The position numbers were made by a program, and so were the translations under genes. Under the pieces are notes generated by a model. That model ran no database searches, was not told the origin of the DNA, and was given only the letters and a program-made list of their open reading frames with translations. Source: a virus (Duplodnaviria > Caudoviricetes). From it: 50,141 nucleotides of DNA. The stretch covers positions 1 to 50,141 of the IMG/VR virus record IMGVR_UViG_3300030099_002171; one strand, 5' to 3'. Below are positions 35,431-45,063 of this stretch, piece after piece (the stretch's first letter is position 1; every line of letters begins with the position of its first letter).

Positions 35431-37908
35431 ATGGAATTAGTCTTTTTAAAAGCTAAACAAAAACTCGTTAAGGAAATAACAAAAGAAGGAACCAAACCTT
35501 ACCCACTCGTAAAAAACTTTACCTCTGAACATTATACTGTTGAACCTAATCAAGAAGGTTTTGATAAGTTTTATGAACTGTTGAACACACATGCCGCAGC
35601 AGGACATGCACTGCATAAGGGTTCTTTAAAGAAAAAATTAAAGAATGAGTCACGTGCATTAATGACAGACCGAGGTGCAAGTACACAATTATTAGTATTA
35701 GATTTAGATGGAATTACATTCCCTGGGGCTAAAGATAAGTACAACACATACGATATACAAAATATTGCAGAGGCTTTTGTTCAATATTTACCTAAAGAAT
35801 TTCACAACGTTAGTTACGTAGCCCAAGCGTCTGCTAGTTTAGGTCTAAAAACAAACAAAATTTCATTACATTTATTCTTCCTGCTAGGACACACTGTACA
35901 ACCAAAAATTCTAAAAGAATGGTTTCGAACTTTAAATTACGAAACAGATTTCTTAGCAGATCAATTAAAACTATCTGCTAATGGACAAAGCATATCTTAT
36001 CCTTTAGATGTTAGCCTAGCAGATAACTCTAAACTTATTTATATTGCACCACCAAAATTTAGTGGTGTACAAGACCCCGTGGCTGGCGACAGGTTTGTAC
36101 GAATAGACCGTAGTTCGCCAATCTTAAACATTAGTTCTTTAATAAAAGATGTTAACCCAGAGAAAGTTCACAGTTTATCAACACAAATTAAAGATGGTCT
36201 AAGAAAGAAAGCAGGTCTAACTAAAAAGAATGAAAAGATTACTACAGTTAATGTAAATGGTATTTCTGAACAAGTACTCCAGAACCCAGATCGTATGAGT
36301 ATAGAAATCTGTCGGATATCCGAACCTTATGTTAATTGTAATATCAATGGCGGTGACAGCGGTGCATATTACTTTATTTTAACAAATCCGCATTATATGT
36401 ATAATTTTAAGGGTGAACCTATTTTTGAAATTGAAAAAGCAGATCCTGAGTTCTATCAAACCATATTTGAAAAATATGCGGACAAAATTGATGGCGCCAA
36501 GAATATTAAACCTATCGTACTTCGAGATTTCTATACTGATACTTATTTTAATGGAGTATTTGATAATAATAAAAGTCAGTTCACTGATGACTATCCCTTA
36601 ACTCCTACACAAAAATCTTCTCTCGAAGGTTTTATGCGAACTCACAACAGGCCTATGCCTGACTATATACCAGATGCACAAGTAGTATTTGATCCTGCGT
36701 CTGATAAAGGTATACAAATGGACACGGCCCCTTATCATGTAAATCTTTATAGAAAAACAGGCTACATGTTAGGTTCATCAGAGAATGTAGTAGAACTTAC
36801 ATACGGAACCGCATCGCATCTAGCTAAGTACACACCGCATATAACTACTTTAATTAAACACATACTAGGAGATGGGACCACAGAGTTTGAACATTTTATT
36901 AATTGGCTTGCTTATATATACCAAAACAAACGTAAGGCTATGACTGCATGGATATTTACAGGCGTACCTGGGACTGGTAAGGGCTTGTTTGTACACAAAG
37001 TTCTAAAGCCGCTCTTTGGTGAACAACAAGTGCCAATGAGATCTTTAGAGAATATAGAAGAACAATTTAATTTGTACATGCGCACAGCGCTCTTCTTAGT
37101 TGTAGACGAGTTTCGTATGGGTGACTCAGGTAATACAGGACGTATGGCAGATAAACTTAAGCACCAAATAACAGAACCTAACCTCACAATACGTGCCATG
37201 CGTACCAACCAGATAGAGCTACCTAGTTTTTGCAACTTTATCTTTCTTACTAACCGAGCTGACGCAGTTAAAATAGAAGAAGGCGATAGACGTTACAACG
37301 TAGCGCCCAGGCAAGAAAGTAAATTAGAAGTATCTCATCCTAGTTTTTTAAATGATTTAACAAATATACAAGCAGAGCTATTTGACTTTGCAGGACTTTT
37401 ACAAAAGTTTCAAGTAGATACTCGTATGGCTCATACCGCACTAGAAAATGAAGCTAAAAAAGAAATGAAACAAGTTTCTATGTCGGTCTTAGAAGAATTT
37501 GCTACTGCAATAAAACAAAGCAATTTAGATTATTTTATTGAAATATTAGATATTCCACTTACAAATACTTTTGACGCCGGAGGAATTAGTACAGCACAAA
37601 GATATATAAAAGATTGGATAAGTAAAACAGATACCGAAATAATCATACCTATGCAACATTTAAAACTAGTGTATGATGTTTTGACAGATAATAGGAAAGC
37701 ATTAGCCATTAGAGATTTTACAAAAGCGATGAGCAGGTTAAATGTAACAACTACTAGAAAACGTATGGGTGCAGGTAAAAACTCATCTGCACCAAGAGGT
37801 GTGTTAGTTACTTGGATATTAGATCCTAAAATAAAACAAACTTTAATAGAAGAACACTTTAACGTAAATGATACTACTTTATTAGGAGATAAATCTGTTA
37901 TGAATTAA
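35431..37908 (+). CDS. Primase-helicase (AEP-like N-terminus, SF3/DUF5906 helicase C-terminus)
   Basis: VLDLDG and SLHLFF; GVPGTGKG, VVDE, FLTN, GDRRY. Confidence 0.85.
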   Translation: MELVFLKAKQKLVKEITKEGTKPYPLVKNFTSEHYTVEPNQEGFDKFYELLNTHAAAGHALHKGSLKKKLKNESRALMTDRGASTQLLVLDLDGITFPGAKDKYNTYDIQNIAEAFVQYLPKEFHNVSYVAQASASLGLKTNKISLHLFFLLGHTVQPKILKEWFRTLNYETDFLADQLKLSANGQSISYPLDVSLADNSKLIYIAPPKFSGVQDPVAGDRFVRIDRSSPILNISSLIKDVNPEKVHSLSTQIKDGLRKKAGLTKKNEKITTVNVNGISEQVLQNPDRMSIEICRISEPYVNCNINGGDSGAYYFILTNPHYMYNFKGEPIFEIEKADPEFYQTIFEKYADKIDGAKNIKPIVLRDFYTDTYFNGVFDNNKSQFTDDYPLTPTQKSSLEGFMRTHNRPMPDYIPDAQVVFDPASDKGIQMDTAPYHVNLYRKTGYMLGSSENVVELTYGTASHLAKYTPHITTLIKHILGDGTTEFEHFINWLAYIYQNKRKAMTAWIFTGVPGTGKGLFVHKVLKPLFGEQQVPMRSLENIEEQFNLYMRTALFLVVDEFRMGDSGNTGRMADKLKHQITEPNLTIRAMRTNQIELPSFCNFIFLTNRADAVKIEEGDRRYNVAPRQESKLEVSHPSFLNDLTNIQAELFDFAGLLQKFQVDTRMAHTALENEAKKEMKQVSMSVLEEFATAIKQSNLDYFIEILDIPLTNTFDAGGISTAQRYIKDWISKTDTEIIIPMQHLKLVYDVLTDNRKALAIRDFTKAMSRLNVTTTRKRMGAGKNSSAPRGVLVTWILDPKIKQTLIEEHFNVNDTTLLGDKSVMN

Positions 37909-37924
37909 TTAATCTCCTATATAT

Positions 37925-38680
37925 ATGCCTAAACTTACTCAAGATAGGCGCCCTGACTTGCATAATGTCATAGAAGCGTCAAAGCCTAAGGAACTAGGAC
38001 TTATACCTGCATGGTCTCATTCAACTCTTAAAACGTATGAAACATGTCCATACAGAATTTATATCTCTAAAGTTAAACGAATATCAGAGGACTACGGACC
38101 TGCAGCCAAACGCGGTAGTGTAATACACGAAGAAGCAGAACATTATGTAGAAGGAACTCTTACTGAGTTTCCAGATAGTTTAAAAAAATTTACAACACAG
38201 TTTGAACGTTTGAGAAATATGTATGACGAAGGTAAAGTAGAATTAGAAGGCGAATGGGGATTTACTATAGATTGGGAACCTTGTGCATGGATGGCTAGAG
38301 ATGTTTGGGCAAGAGTGAAACTAGACGCCATGGTTCATGAAGATGAGACTAGTGCACGTGTCATTGACTATAAAACAGGAAGACAGTTTGGTAATGAAAT
38401 ATCTCACGGCCAACAAGCTCTTACATATGCTATTGGGACTTTTTTACGTTACCCAGATCTACAACACGTACAAACAGAACTATGGTATTTAGATCATGGC
38501 ACAACTATGGAGCAGTCTTATACAAGAGACCAAGCTCTTTTATTTTTGCCTAAATTACACGAACGAGCTGTAGTTATGACTACTGCAGAAAAGTTCCCAC
38601 CAAACCCATCAAATGCTAATTGTAGGTGGTGTTCTTATAAAAATGGTGAAGAACCACCTTGTAAATGGGGTGTAGAATAG
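37925..38680 (+). CDS. PD-(D/E)XK RecB/Cas4-like exonuclease
   Basis: WSHS.L..Y..CP, G..IH, KLD, IDYKTG, Q...Y, CRWC...C. Confidence 0.85.
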   Translation: MPKLTQDRRPDLHNVIEASKPKELGLIPAWSHSTLKTYETCPYRIYISKVKRISEDYGPAAKRGSVIHEEAEHYVEGTLTEFPDSLKKFTTQFERLRNMYDEGKVELEGEWGFTIDWEPCAWMARDVWARVKLDAMVHEDETSARVIDYKTGRQFGNEISHGQQALTYAIGTFLRYPDLQHVQTELWYLDHGTTMEQSYTRDQALLFLPKLHERAVVMTTAEKFPPNPSNANCRWCSYKNGEEPPCKWGVE

Positions 38681-38734
38681 TTATAATAAACAAACTTTAA
38701 ATAACAAAAAATAAATACAAATAAAGGTGATTTT

Positions 38735-40087
38735 ATGGAGAAATCAATCAATAGTGCTTATGCACATCAGGAAGAAACAACTAAGTTCATCATAGATAAC
38801 CCATGTTGTTTAGTTACTTCAGATCCTGGCACAGGAAAAACAAGATCAGTTTTAGATGCCCACATCCAGTGGGGAGGCAGGACACTTGTTTTAGCACCAT
38901 TATCCATTCTTGAAGCAGCTTGGGTTGATGATATAAAGAAATTTCAACCTGATATTAACTACGGTGTTGCTTTTGCTAAAAATCGTAAAAAAGTTTTTGA
39001 AGATTCGTCATATGATATGGTCATTACGAATTTTGAAGCTGTTAATTTTTTAGTCAAAAACCAACAATTATTAACCACATTCGACAATTTAGTAATTGAT
39101 GAATTTACAGCATTTAAGAATAAAGACGCTAAACGTTCAAAGAACGCTCAAGAACTTATACAGCATTTCGGAAGACGGGTATGTATGTCTGGTACTCCTA
39201 ATACCAACACTATTCTTGATCTTTGGCATCCAGTCTATTTAGTAGACCAAGGACAACGACTCGGTAATCGTTACTATTCTTACCGGAATCAAGTATGTAC
39301 ACCACAGTTCAATGGCTTTGCTAACGTATGGATAGACAAACCTGGTATCGAAGAAGCAGTAGCAGATAAATTAAAAGACATTAATATTAGGTTTGCATTA
39401 GAAGATTGTATTGATCTACCTGACAATATAATGCGAACTGTTTATACAAACCTTTCCCCCCAGGTAGCTCGTATGTACAAAACACTGGCTGAAGAGTCGG
39501 TTTTGTATACAAAACAAGGAACTATAAATGCTATTAATGCAGGAGCTAGAGTTAAAAAGTTATTACAGTTAGTAAGTGGGGGTGTGTATGATGAGAATGG
39601 ATTGACTCAATACATACACCAAGAGCGTTACGACTTAGTTATGGACCTATTAGATGTACGTAAACATTCTTTAGTTGCATTTAATTGGAAACATGAACGT
39701 GACGCTCTTGTACAATTAGCAGAAAAACGCGATTATACTTATGAAGTCATTGATGGAGAAACTCCTGCGCATAAAAGATCAAACATTGTAGAACGCTTTC
39801 AAGCCGGTCAGTTAAAAGTATTGTTTGCACACCCACAGTCCGCGGGCCATGGACTAACACTTACCAAAGCTACTACAGCTATATGGTGTAGCCCAACCTA
39901 CAATGCAGAACATTTTCAACAATTTAATAGACGTATCCATCGTTCTGGTCAAACCCAAAAAACAGAAACTATTTTAATTGCTGCACGTAACACCTGGGAA
40001 GAACAAGTGTACGCAAAACTTAATGGCAAACTTAATCGTATGGAGAGTTTATTAACTATATTAAACAACTTACATAAGGAGGCTTAA
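38735..40087 (+). CDS. SNF2-family helicase
   Basis: DPGTGKT, VIDEF, SGTP, SAGHGLTL, Q...RIHRSGQ. Confidence 0.9.
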   Translation: MEKSINSAYAHQEETTKFIIDNPCCLVTSDPGTGKTRSVLDAHIQWGGRTLVLAPLSILEAAWVDDIKKFQPDINYGVAFAKNRKKVFEDSSYDMVITNFEAVNFLVKNQQLLTTFDNLVIDEFTAFKNKDAKRSKNAQELIQHFGRRVCMSGTPNTNTILDLWHPVYLVDQGQRLGNRYYSYRNQVCTPQFNGFANVWIDKPGIEEAVADKLKDINIRFALEDCIDLPDNIMRTVYTNLSPQVARMYKTLAEESVLYTKQGTINAINAGARVKKLLQLVSGGVYDENGLTQYIHQERYDLVMDLLDVRKHSLVAFNWKHERDALVQLAEKRDYTYEVIDGETPAHKRSNIVERFQAGQLKVLFAHPQSAGHGLTLTKATTAIWCSPTYNAEHFQQFNRRIHRSGQTQKTETILIAARNTWEEQVYAKLNGKLNRMESLLTILNNLHKEA

Positions 40088-40380
40088 TGAGTTATAGTAA
40101 AAATATGACTAAAAAGTCTAAAAGAACTATCCACCTAGGAGAATTACCCCAAGCAGAATTAGAGATTTTGAGAAACCAAGATCCTGATGTTCTTGCTACT
40201 GCTCTAATCTTCGTTATCGGAGAACTAATAGTGCAAGAATACGATATAGATCAGCAACCAGAGATTCACAAAATTGTGAAAGAAGCTGCTATGCAAGCTA
40301 TAGAACTAGTTGCTGGTGTACATTTAACTATGGAAATTGATAATAAATTTCCAAATACTACAGAGAGGACGATCCATTGA
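40087..40380 (+). CDS. Hypothetical protein
   Basis: 97 aa, AGGAGG RBS, TAATG coupling. Confidence 0.6.
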   Translation: MSYSKNMTKKSKRTIHLGELPQAELEILRNQDPDVLATALIFVIGELIVQEYDIDQQPEIHKIVKEAAMQAIELVAGVHLTMEIDNKFPNTTERTIH

Positions 40381-40760
40381 ACGAAAATCAACAACCAACA
40401 TTAGACGACAAACTACATAAATTAACTCAAATTCGTAGTTCTATTAAAGACTTACAAGAACAAGAAAAAGTCCTTAAACAAGAACAAAACGAACTAGAGG
40501 CAGGAATTATTGCCCAAATGAAAGAACTTGGTATCGATCGTGCCGGCAATGATATGTGTACTATATCTACGAAAGTAGAAATTGTACCAACTGTATCTGA
40601 TTGGGACGCTCTATGGCAGCACATATTTGACACTCGTCAAACAGAACTGTTACAGAAACGTATGTCAGCTACAGCATTTAGGGAACTTATGGCTATGGGA
40701 CAAACTGTTCCAGGCGTAAGTGCCACGGAGTTAGACCGATTGAATTATCGATCTAAATAA
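40377..40760 (+). CDS. Coiled-coil replication-region protein
   Basis: TTG start with GAGGA; V.DWDA....I...ELLQKR...VPGV. Confidence 0.65.
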   Translation: MNENQQPTLDDKLHKLTQIRSSIKDLQEQEKVLKQEQNELEAGIIAQMKELGIDRAGNDMCTISTKVEIVPTVSDWDALWQHIFDTRQTELLQKRMSATAFRELMAMGQTVPGVSATELDRLNYRSK

Positions 40761-40789
40761 TTTTAACCACGAAAAATGAAAGGTGAACT

Positions 40790-41476
40790 ATGAGTGAAAC
40801 CGCTATAACGCTAACCTCTACTAAAGTGCCTGCGCACATGAAAGAGGCTGCTGGGCTCGGTAATGAAAATGTTTCTGCTGAGCATCTACAAACCCCACGT
40901 GTTAAGTTGCTACAACAACTTAATAACGAAGTTGATGAAAATCACAACGATTACATCGAAGGCACTAAGCCAGGTGATTTGATCAACACAGTCACGCGTG
41001 AAAACTACGGTAAGGAGTTGTACGTAATTAACGTATTCTTTAAAGAAGACTTCGTACTTTGGAAAAAACGTGAGAGTGGTGGTGGCTTAGTTGGAACTTA
41101 TCCTAGTCAAGAAGCTGCATTATCCTATCTAGAACAAGAGGGACTAAAAGCTGAAGATCATGAGATTATCCAAACTCAGTCCCATGTGTTACTAAGAAAA
41201 GATGAAAAGACAGGAGATTTACTCCAAACTCCATTTATTATGGATTTTGCGTCTTCTAAACTAAGAGTATCCAAAGAATGGAATACTCAAATAGGACAGA
41301 TGGGTGGCGATAGATTCGCTGGCTTATGGAAACTAACATCATTACAAACACAGAACAGATCTGCACAAAAGTTTTATAACTTAAATGTAGAGTTTCAAGG
41401 CTATGTAACTGATGATGATTATGCTTATGCTAAAGATACGTATGTAAAACTAGCACCACAAAAAGTAGAATCTTAA
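40790..41476 (+). CDS. Putative single-stranded DNA-binding protein
   Basis: G.ENV...L..PR.KLLQ...G.KPG...SK.WN; position in the replication cluster. Confidence 0.55.
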   Translation: MSETAITLTSTKVPAHMKEAAGLGNENVSAEHLQTPRVKLLQQLNNEVDENHNDYIEGTKPGDLINTVTRENYGKELYVINVFFKEDFVLWKKRESGGGLVGTYPSQEAALSYLEQEGLKAEDHEIIQTQSHVLLRKDEKTGDLLQTPFIMDFASSKLRVSKEWNTQIGQMGGDRFAGLWKLTSLQTQNRSAQKFYNLNVEFQGYVTDDDYAYAKDTYVKLAPQKVES

Positions 41477-41487
41477 TCCTATAGTAA

Positions 41488-41528
41488 TGCGTACATGGTG
41501 TGACACATCCTGTCGCCCCATGTATGCA
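41488..41528 (+). other. Long intergenic hairpin (terminator or processing site)
   Basis: TGCGTACATGG / CCATGTATGCA with an inner GTGACA/TGTCGC stem. Confidence 0.55.
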
Positions 41529-41549
41529 ACTTTAGTATAATGTCTTTTC

Positions 41550-41942
41550 ATGCAAGAAAGGCATTTCATAAATAAAATACATAAAAAACTTTCTTCTAAC
41601 ATCTACAAATGGAAGATAAATGACGCCTACCACGGCGGTGTTCCAGATGTGTTCTACTCCGGTCCAGGGGGCCATTGTTTTGTAGAGTATAAATATAAAC
41701 AAGAATTTCCAAAAAAACACGATACCTTTATTAAATTTAATGTAACTACACAACAGTGTGCCTGGCTTAATGCACGCAAAAACGAGGGTGTGCCTGTTTT
41801 TATAGCACTAGGAGTCGGAAAAGATGTAGTTTTTAACGATAATTTTGACGTAGTTAATGTTTATACTGTCAGTGATTATATAAAAGAAGCAATCAGCATA
41901 GACGATTTTATATACCAACTAGAAAAAATATGTATAAAATAA
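41550..41942 (+). CDS. VRR-NUC / Holliday junction resolvase-like nuclease
   Basis: M.E..F...GVPD......FVEYK...Q..WL. Confidence 0.8.
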   Translation: MQERHFINKIHKKLSSNIYKWKINDAYHGGVPDVFYSGPGGHCFVEYKYKQEFPKKHDTFIKFNVTTQQCAWLNARKNEGVPVFIALGVGKDVVFNDNFDVVNVYTVSDYIKEAISIDDFIYQLEKICIK

Positions 41943-41947
41943 TAAAT

Positions 41948-42247
41948 ATGACTAGTAAAAATCTTTCGGCTTTACGTGGAGAGTCTACAAGTTTAGCAGA
42001 TTCACCCTGCATTGGGTGGTGTACAACTCGTCAATTTGGTGAAAAAAGATGCAAAGGATGTGGTAGATACGACTTTGAGGTAGACTCTACCTATTGGAAT
42101 TCTTTACCCGATTGGGAACGAAAGCTAATAAATTTACGTAATGCAGAAGATGGTTTTCAAATAAAACAACTTATGGGATCTGCTAGGCCTATACCAAAGG
42201 CAACAGCTAATAAACCTACAAAAGATAACCCCACTACTAAATACTAA
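41948..42247 (+). CDS. DUF1289-like Cys-rich protein
   Basis: SPCIGWC......RCKGCGR...E...W; likely ATG 41948 within ORF 41930-42247. Confidence 0.7.
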   Translation: MTSKNLSALRGESTSLADSPCIGWCTTRQFGEKRCKGCGRYDFEVDSTYWNSLPDWERKLINLRNAEDGFQIKQLMGSARPIPKATANKPTKDNPTTKY

Positions 42248-42492
42248 TGCCTAGAAACTATAAAAAAGAATACGCTAATTATCAGGGTAGACCAGACCAA
42301 AAAAAGAAACGCGCCATGCGTAATAAAGTAAGGCGAGCTGCACTTCGTTCGGGACGAGTGCAAAAAGGTGGAGGATTTGACATACATCACAGGGATGGTA
42401 ATCCTATGAACACCAACCCAGAAAACCTAGTTGTAATGCATAAAAGTACTAATAGATCTTTTAAAAGAAATAGTAACTCAGGTAAAGCTTAG
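42247..42492 (+). CDS. Small basic HNH endonuclease-like protein
   Basis: RNYKKEY...DIHHRDGNP.N....NL......NR. Confidence 0.75.
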   Translation: MPRNYKKEYANYQGRPDQKKKRAMRNKVRRAALRSGRVQKGGGFDIHHRDGNPMNTNPENLVVMHKSTNRSFKRNSNSGKA

Positions 42493-42617
42493 TAGCCGCC
42501 CCTCATTCTCATAGGCTTGGCTCTTTTAGTCATGCCTTTTTTCTTCATCATAGGCTTTTTTTTCTTTTTTGCAGGTCTTCCTTTTTTCTTTCCGTATGTT
42601 CCAGGTCCCATTGGCAT
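42489..42617 (-). CDS. Very basic 42-aa protein (not in the ORF track)
   Basis: GGAG RBS; MPMGPGTYGKKKGRPAKKKKK...MRGGY*. Confidence 0.65.
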   Translation of the reverse strand: MPMGPGTYGKKKGRPAKKKKKPMMKKKGMTKRAKPMRMRGGY

Positions 42618-42618
42618 A

Positions 42619-42789
42619 TTAATACTCCGCTTTAGTGTTTTTAAATTTACGATGTGAATTTGTATCTATAAATATAGACTGCTCTTCACCCGGCACAGAA
42701 CCATCATGATTCGGAACCGTTGAATACTTTTTGCTACAAATATCTTTGTAAGTATGAGGTTCTTTATCTTTTAATGGTCTGTTAATCAT
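42619..42789 (-). CDS. Small hypothetical protein (56 aa; not in the ORF track)
   Basis: MINRPLKDKEPHTYKDICSKKY...AEY*; fills the gap in the operon. Confidence 0.5.
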   Translation of the reverse strand: MINRPLKDKEPHTYKDICSKKYSTVPNHDGSVPGEEQSIFIDTNSHRKFKNTKAEY

Positions 42790-42805
42790 GTTCTTATTTT
42801 ACTAC

Positions 42806-43093
42806 TTAGCACTTCCAACGTCTACGTGCTTGTCTTAATCTTGAATTAGGATTCTTTGCTGCTTTAGGAAACTTTTTCATTTGTCCAGCAGATCTAGCAC
42901 AAAACGATTTACGTCTTTTTGCTGCTTTACTACCTTTTTTAACTTTACCTGTAACAGCTGTTTTTAACTTAGAACCTGGATTTAAACGTCTGTAAGCTTT
43001 TACGCCCGCACGAGTCATACCAGCTCCCGACTTCGTAGGACGGAAGTTCTTTTTATTCCTAGCTGGCATTTTACTTTTTCTTCTTTGTGGCAC
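42806..43093 (-). CDS. Basic protein, DUF6321-like
   Basis: GAGMT..GV.AYRR.NPGSKLKTAVT...RRKSFCARS...RRWKC; probable start at 43069. Confidence 0.7.
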   Translation of the reverse strand: MPQRRKSKMPARNKKNFRPTKSGAGMTRAGVKAYRRLNPGSKLKTAVTGKVKKGSKAAKRRKSFCARSAGQMKKFPKAAKNPNSRLRQARRRWKC

Positions 43094-43379
43094 GTCTCTT
43101 CTTTCTTTTTACTATAGTTCTTACATTAGTAGGTTTTCCACCCGGATTACCTGCTCTTCGCTTACGTGCTACCGCACTACGTCTTTGTGCAGCTGTCATA
43201 CTACGGGCCTTAGACCGTGGCACGCACTTCGGGTACGCACGTTTACTTTTCTTTGCAGACTTACGTCCACAAGGCTGAAATCTACCTTTTTTCTTAGGTG
43301 CACCAATGTCCACCCAATCACCTTTTTTACCTTTGCCAAACCAAGCGGTCAAGCCTCCTTTAGGTTTAGTATTAGCCAC
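43071..43379 (-). CDS. Basic protein
   Basis: GGL..WF...WVD...PCGR...YPKC.P; K/R-rich. Confidence 0.7.
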   Translation of the reverse strand: MANTKPKGGLTAWFGKGKKGDWVDIGAPKKKGRFQPCGRKSAKKSKRAYPKCVPRSKARSMTAAQRRSAVARKRRAGNPGGKPTNVRTIVKRKKRRATKKKK

Positions 43380-43665
43380 GTTTCTTTCTCGCTTTTCTTA
43401 TGGCTTCTTTACCTTTTCTAAAGATACCTGCTACTTGTGTTTTACCCATTACTTTAGCCCTCTGTTCACCAACAGTAAGTATCTGTATTTTTCTAGCAAA
43501 AGGTTTTCTAATTTTTTTAACTTTAGCCACTGTTGCTCTAGCATCAGCAGGAGTTGCAAACTTAATCCTAACTGTGTCTTTTGGGTTTTCATCAGTATAT
43601 AACCTTCTACCAGAACCTTTTGGTTTCTTGCCTGTGCCCTTTTTCGGGTCTCTTTTCTTAGGCAT
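43372..43665 (-). CDS. Basic protein
   Basis: GTGKKPKGSGRRLYTDENPKDTV. Confidence 0.7.
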   Translation of the reverse strand: MPKKRDPKKGTGKKPKGSGRRLYTDENPKDTVRIKFATPADARATVAKVKKIRKPFARKIQILTVGEQRAKVMGKTQVAGIFRKGKEAIRKARKKRG

Positions 43666-43853
43666 TACCTATAACCACCACCTCGAGCCTTGTATGTACG
43701 TACTAACCAGCCATTGGCATATGCCGAAGGATAGACCTTAAATTTACGTTTAGCTTCTGCTTTCACTCTAGCGTACAAAGCTTTGTTAGTAGGAGTAGCT
43801 CCTTTTTTCTTTTTAGTAGTTTTTCTTTTTGTTGTTCTTTTCTTTGCTGGCAT
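43665..43853 (-). CDS. Basic protein, DUF5872-like
   Basis: PTN..LY.RVK.EAK.KF..YPSAYA...V..YK..GG.Y. Confidence 0.7.
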   Translation of the reverse strand: MPAKKRTTKRKTTKKKKGATPTNKALYARVKAEAKRKFKVYPSAYANGWLVRTYKARGGGYR

Positions 43854-43854
43854 A

Positions 43855-44046
43855 TTAATCTCCGACAGATTTTTTAGCTTTTTTGTGAGCTTGTGTAAAC
43901 GTATCGCCCATAAGCATTCTACGTTTCATAAAACTCATGTGTTTTTTAGTATGGTGCTTACTATGACGTTTCATAGTAGCTTCCTGACGTTTAGTTAATG
44001 CTTTCTTTTTTACCCGCATTGAAGGTTTTTTTCTAGTTCTAGGCAT
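43855..44046 (-). CDS. Basic His-containing protein
   Basis: HSKHHTKKHM..M...M..G.TF..AH. Confidence 0.65.
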   Translation of the reverse strand: MPRTRKKPSMRVKKKALTKRQEATMKRHSKHHTKKHMSFMKRRMLMGDTFTQAHKKAKKSVGD

Positions 44047-44257
44047 TTTTCCTCATGTTTTCTAACATCTTTGTAGCTACAGTTCTTTCATAGCTATCAA
44101 CTTTACCGTCTTTATTTCTATCAGCTTTTTCGGCATCGAAAGCTAAATCGTTAGCACTATTGGGAGTGCCCTGAGAAACTAATCTTTTCTCTAACACTTC
44201 TGTATCACCAATTTTACCTTTACCTTTATCTTCCATTCTTCTAGTCGACATTGCCAT
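44039..44257 (-). CDS. Small protein with an EF-hand-like loop
   Basis: DRNKDGKVDSYE. Confidence 0.6.
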   Translation of the reverse strand: MAMSTRRMEDKGKGKIGDTEVLEKRLVSQGTPNSANDLAFDAEKADRNKDGKVDSYERTVATKMLENMRKNA

Positions 44258-44468
44258 TTTGGGCCTCCTTAATTAAAAAATTTAATAAACTTATTTTATC
44301 ATTAACTTCTACTAACTGAGCAAGTATATTGTCTAAGTATTCGCTGAAGTCTGTATGCTCAGGAATGCTTGTAGGATTATTTAAATATATCTCCATATCA
44401 AGAGTTAATTTAGCTCGTTGTCCTACTAAAACACTTCGTTGAGTTTCTAAAATATCTAGTTTAGTCAT
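44241..44468 (-). CDS. Hypothetical helical-hairpin protein
   Basis: IYLNNP..I.EH.D. Confidence 0.65.
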   Translation of the reverse strand: MTKLDILETQRSVLVGQRAKLTLDMEIYLNNPTSIPEHTDFSEYLDNILAQLVEVNDKISLLNFLIKEAQNGNVD

Positions 44469-44818
44469 TAGTCTTTTCTTTTATCTTTTAGTTGAGATTT
44501 AGATAATTTTTCTTTTTCTATTAAATTAGGTGCACCTAACATAGTCTTGAGGAATACATCCTGTCTAATTATTTCGTTATCAACTGATCTAACTCTATCT
44601 ATTAACGATACTAATATAGCGTGTTGTGCGTCTAATTTAGCATCTAGTCTTTTCTCTGTAGTAGCCAAAGCCTCAGCTAGTTTATCATCAACTGTATCTA
44701 TTTTAGTTTCCATACCCGTAATAATACGATTGAGTAACTTCCAAACAAAGAACCCTAGACCAAGGGTCATAGCTATTGGAAAACCAACATCGTTTATTAG
44801 AGTAATTACTTCGTTCAT
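44468..44818 (-). CDS. Membrane-anchored coiled-coil protein (holin/spanin-like)
   Basis: I..VGFPIA...LG.FVW TM segment followed by a coiled coil. Confidence 0.5.
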   Translation of the reverse strand: MNEVITLINDVGFPIAMTLGLGFFVWKLLNRIITGMETKIDTVDDKLAEALATTEKRLDAKLDAQHAILVSLIDRVRSVDNEIIRQDVFLKTMLGAPNLIEKEKLSKSQLKDKRKD

Positions 44819-45063
44819 TCTGGTTTTGTTGGAAAAACTATGTCATCAATTGTGCTAGATTCTGTTAACGAGTTAGTGATATCCCTTAACTGTTGTCTGT
44901 AGGTTGCCCACTCTGCTTTCTTTTCATCAGAAAGAGGCGAGTCTGCAGCTTGTGTCCAATCACATTCTGCTAACGCTTCATTTCTCATGCCCCTAATATA
45001 ATCAGCAACATTAATGGTATCTCCATATTCGCCGTTAGCATCTTTGCCCATAACGTACATCAT
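44815..45063 (-). CDS. Tail fibre assembly chaperone
   Basis: R..RN..L..CDWTQ..DSP......W..YRQ.LRDI...FP.KP. Confidence 0.8.
   Translation of the reverse strand: MMYVMGKDANGEYGDTINVADYIRGMRNEALAECDWTQAADSPLSDEKKAEWATYRQQLRDITNSLTESSTIDDIVFPTKPE

Noticed and set aside
37925-38680. Cas4 as evidence of a CRISPR system
   Set aside because: Stand-alone RecB/Cas4-like nucleases are routine in phage replication modules, and no other cas genes are present
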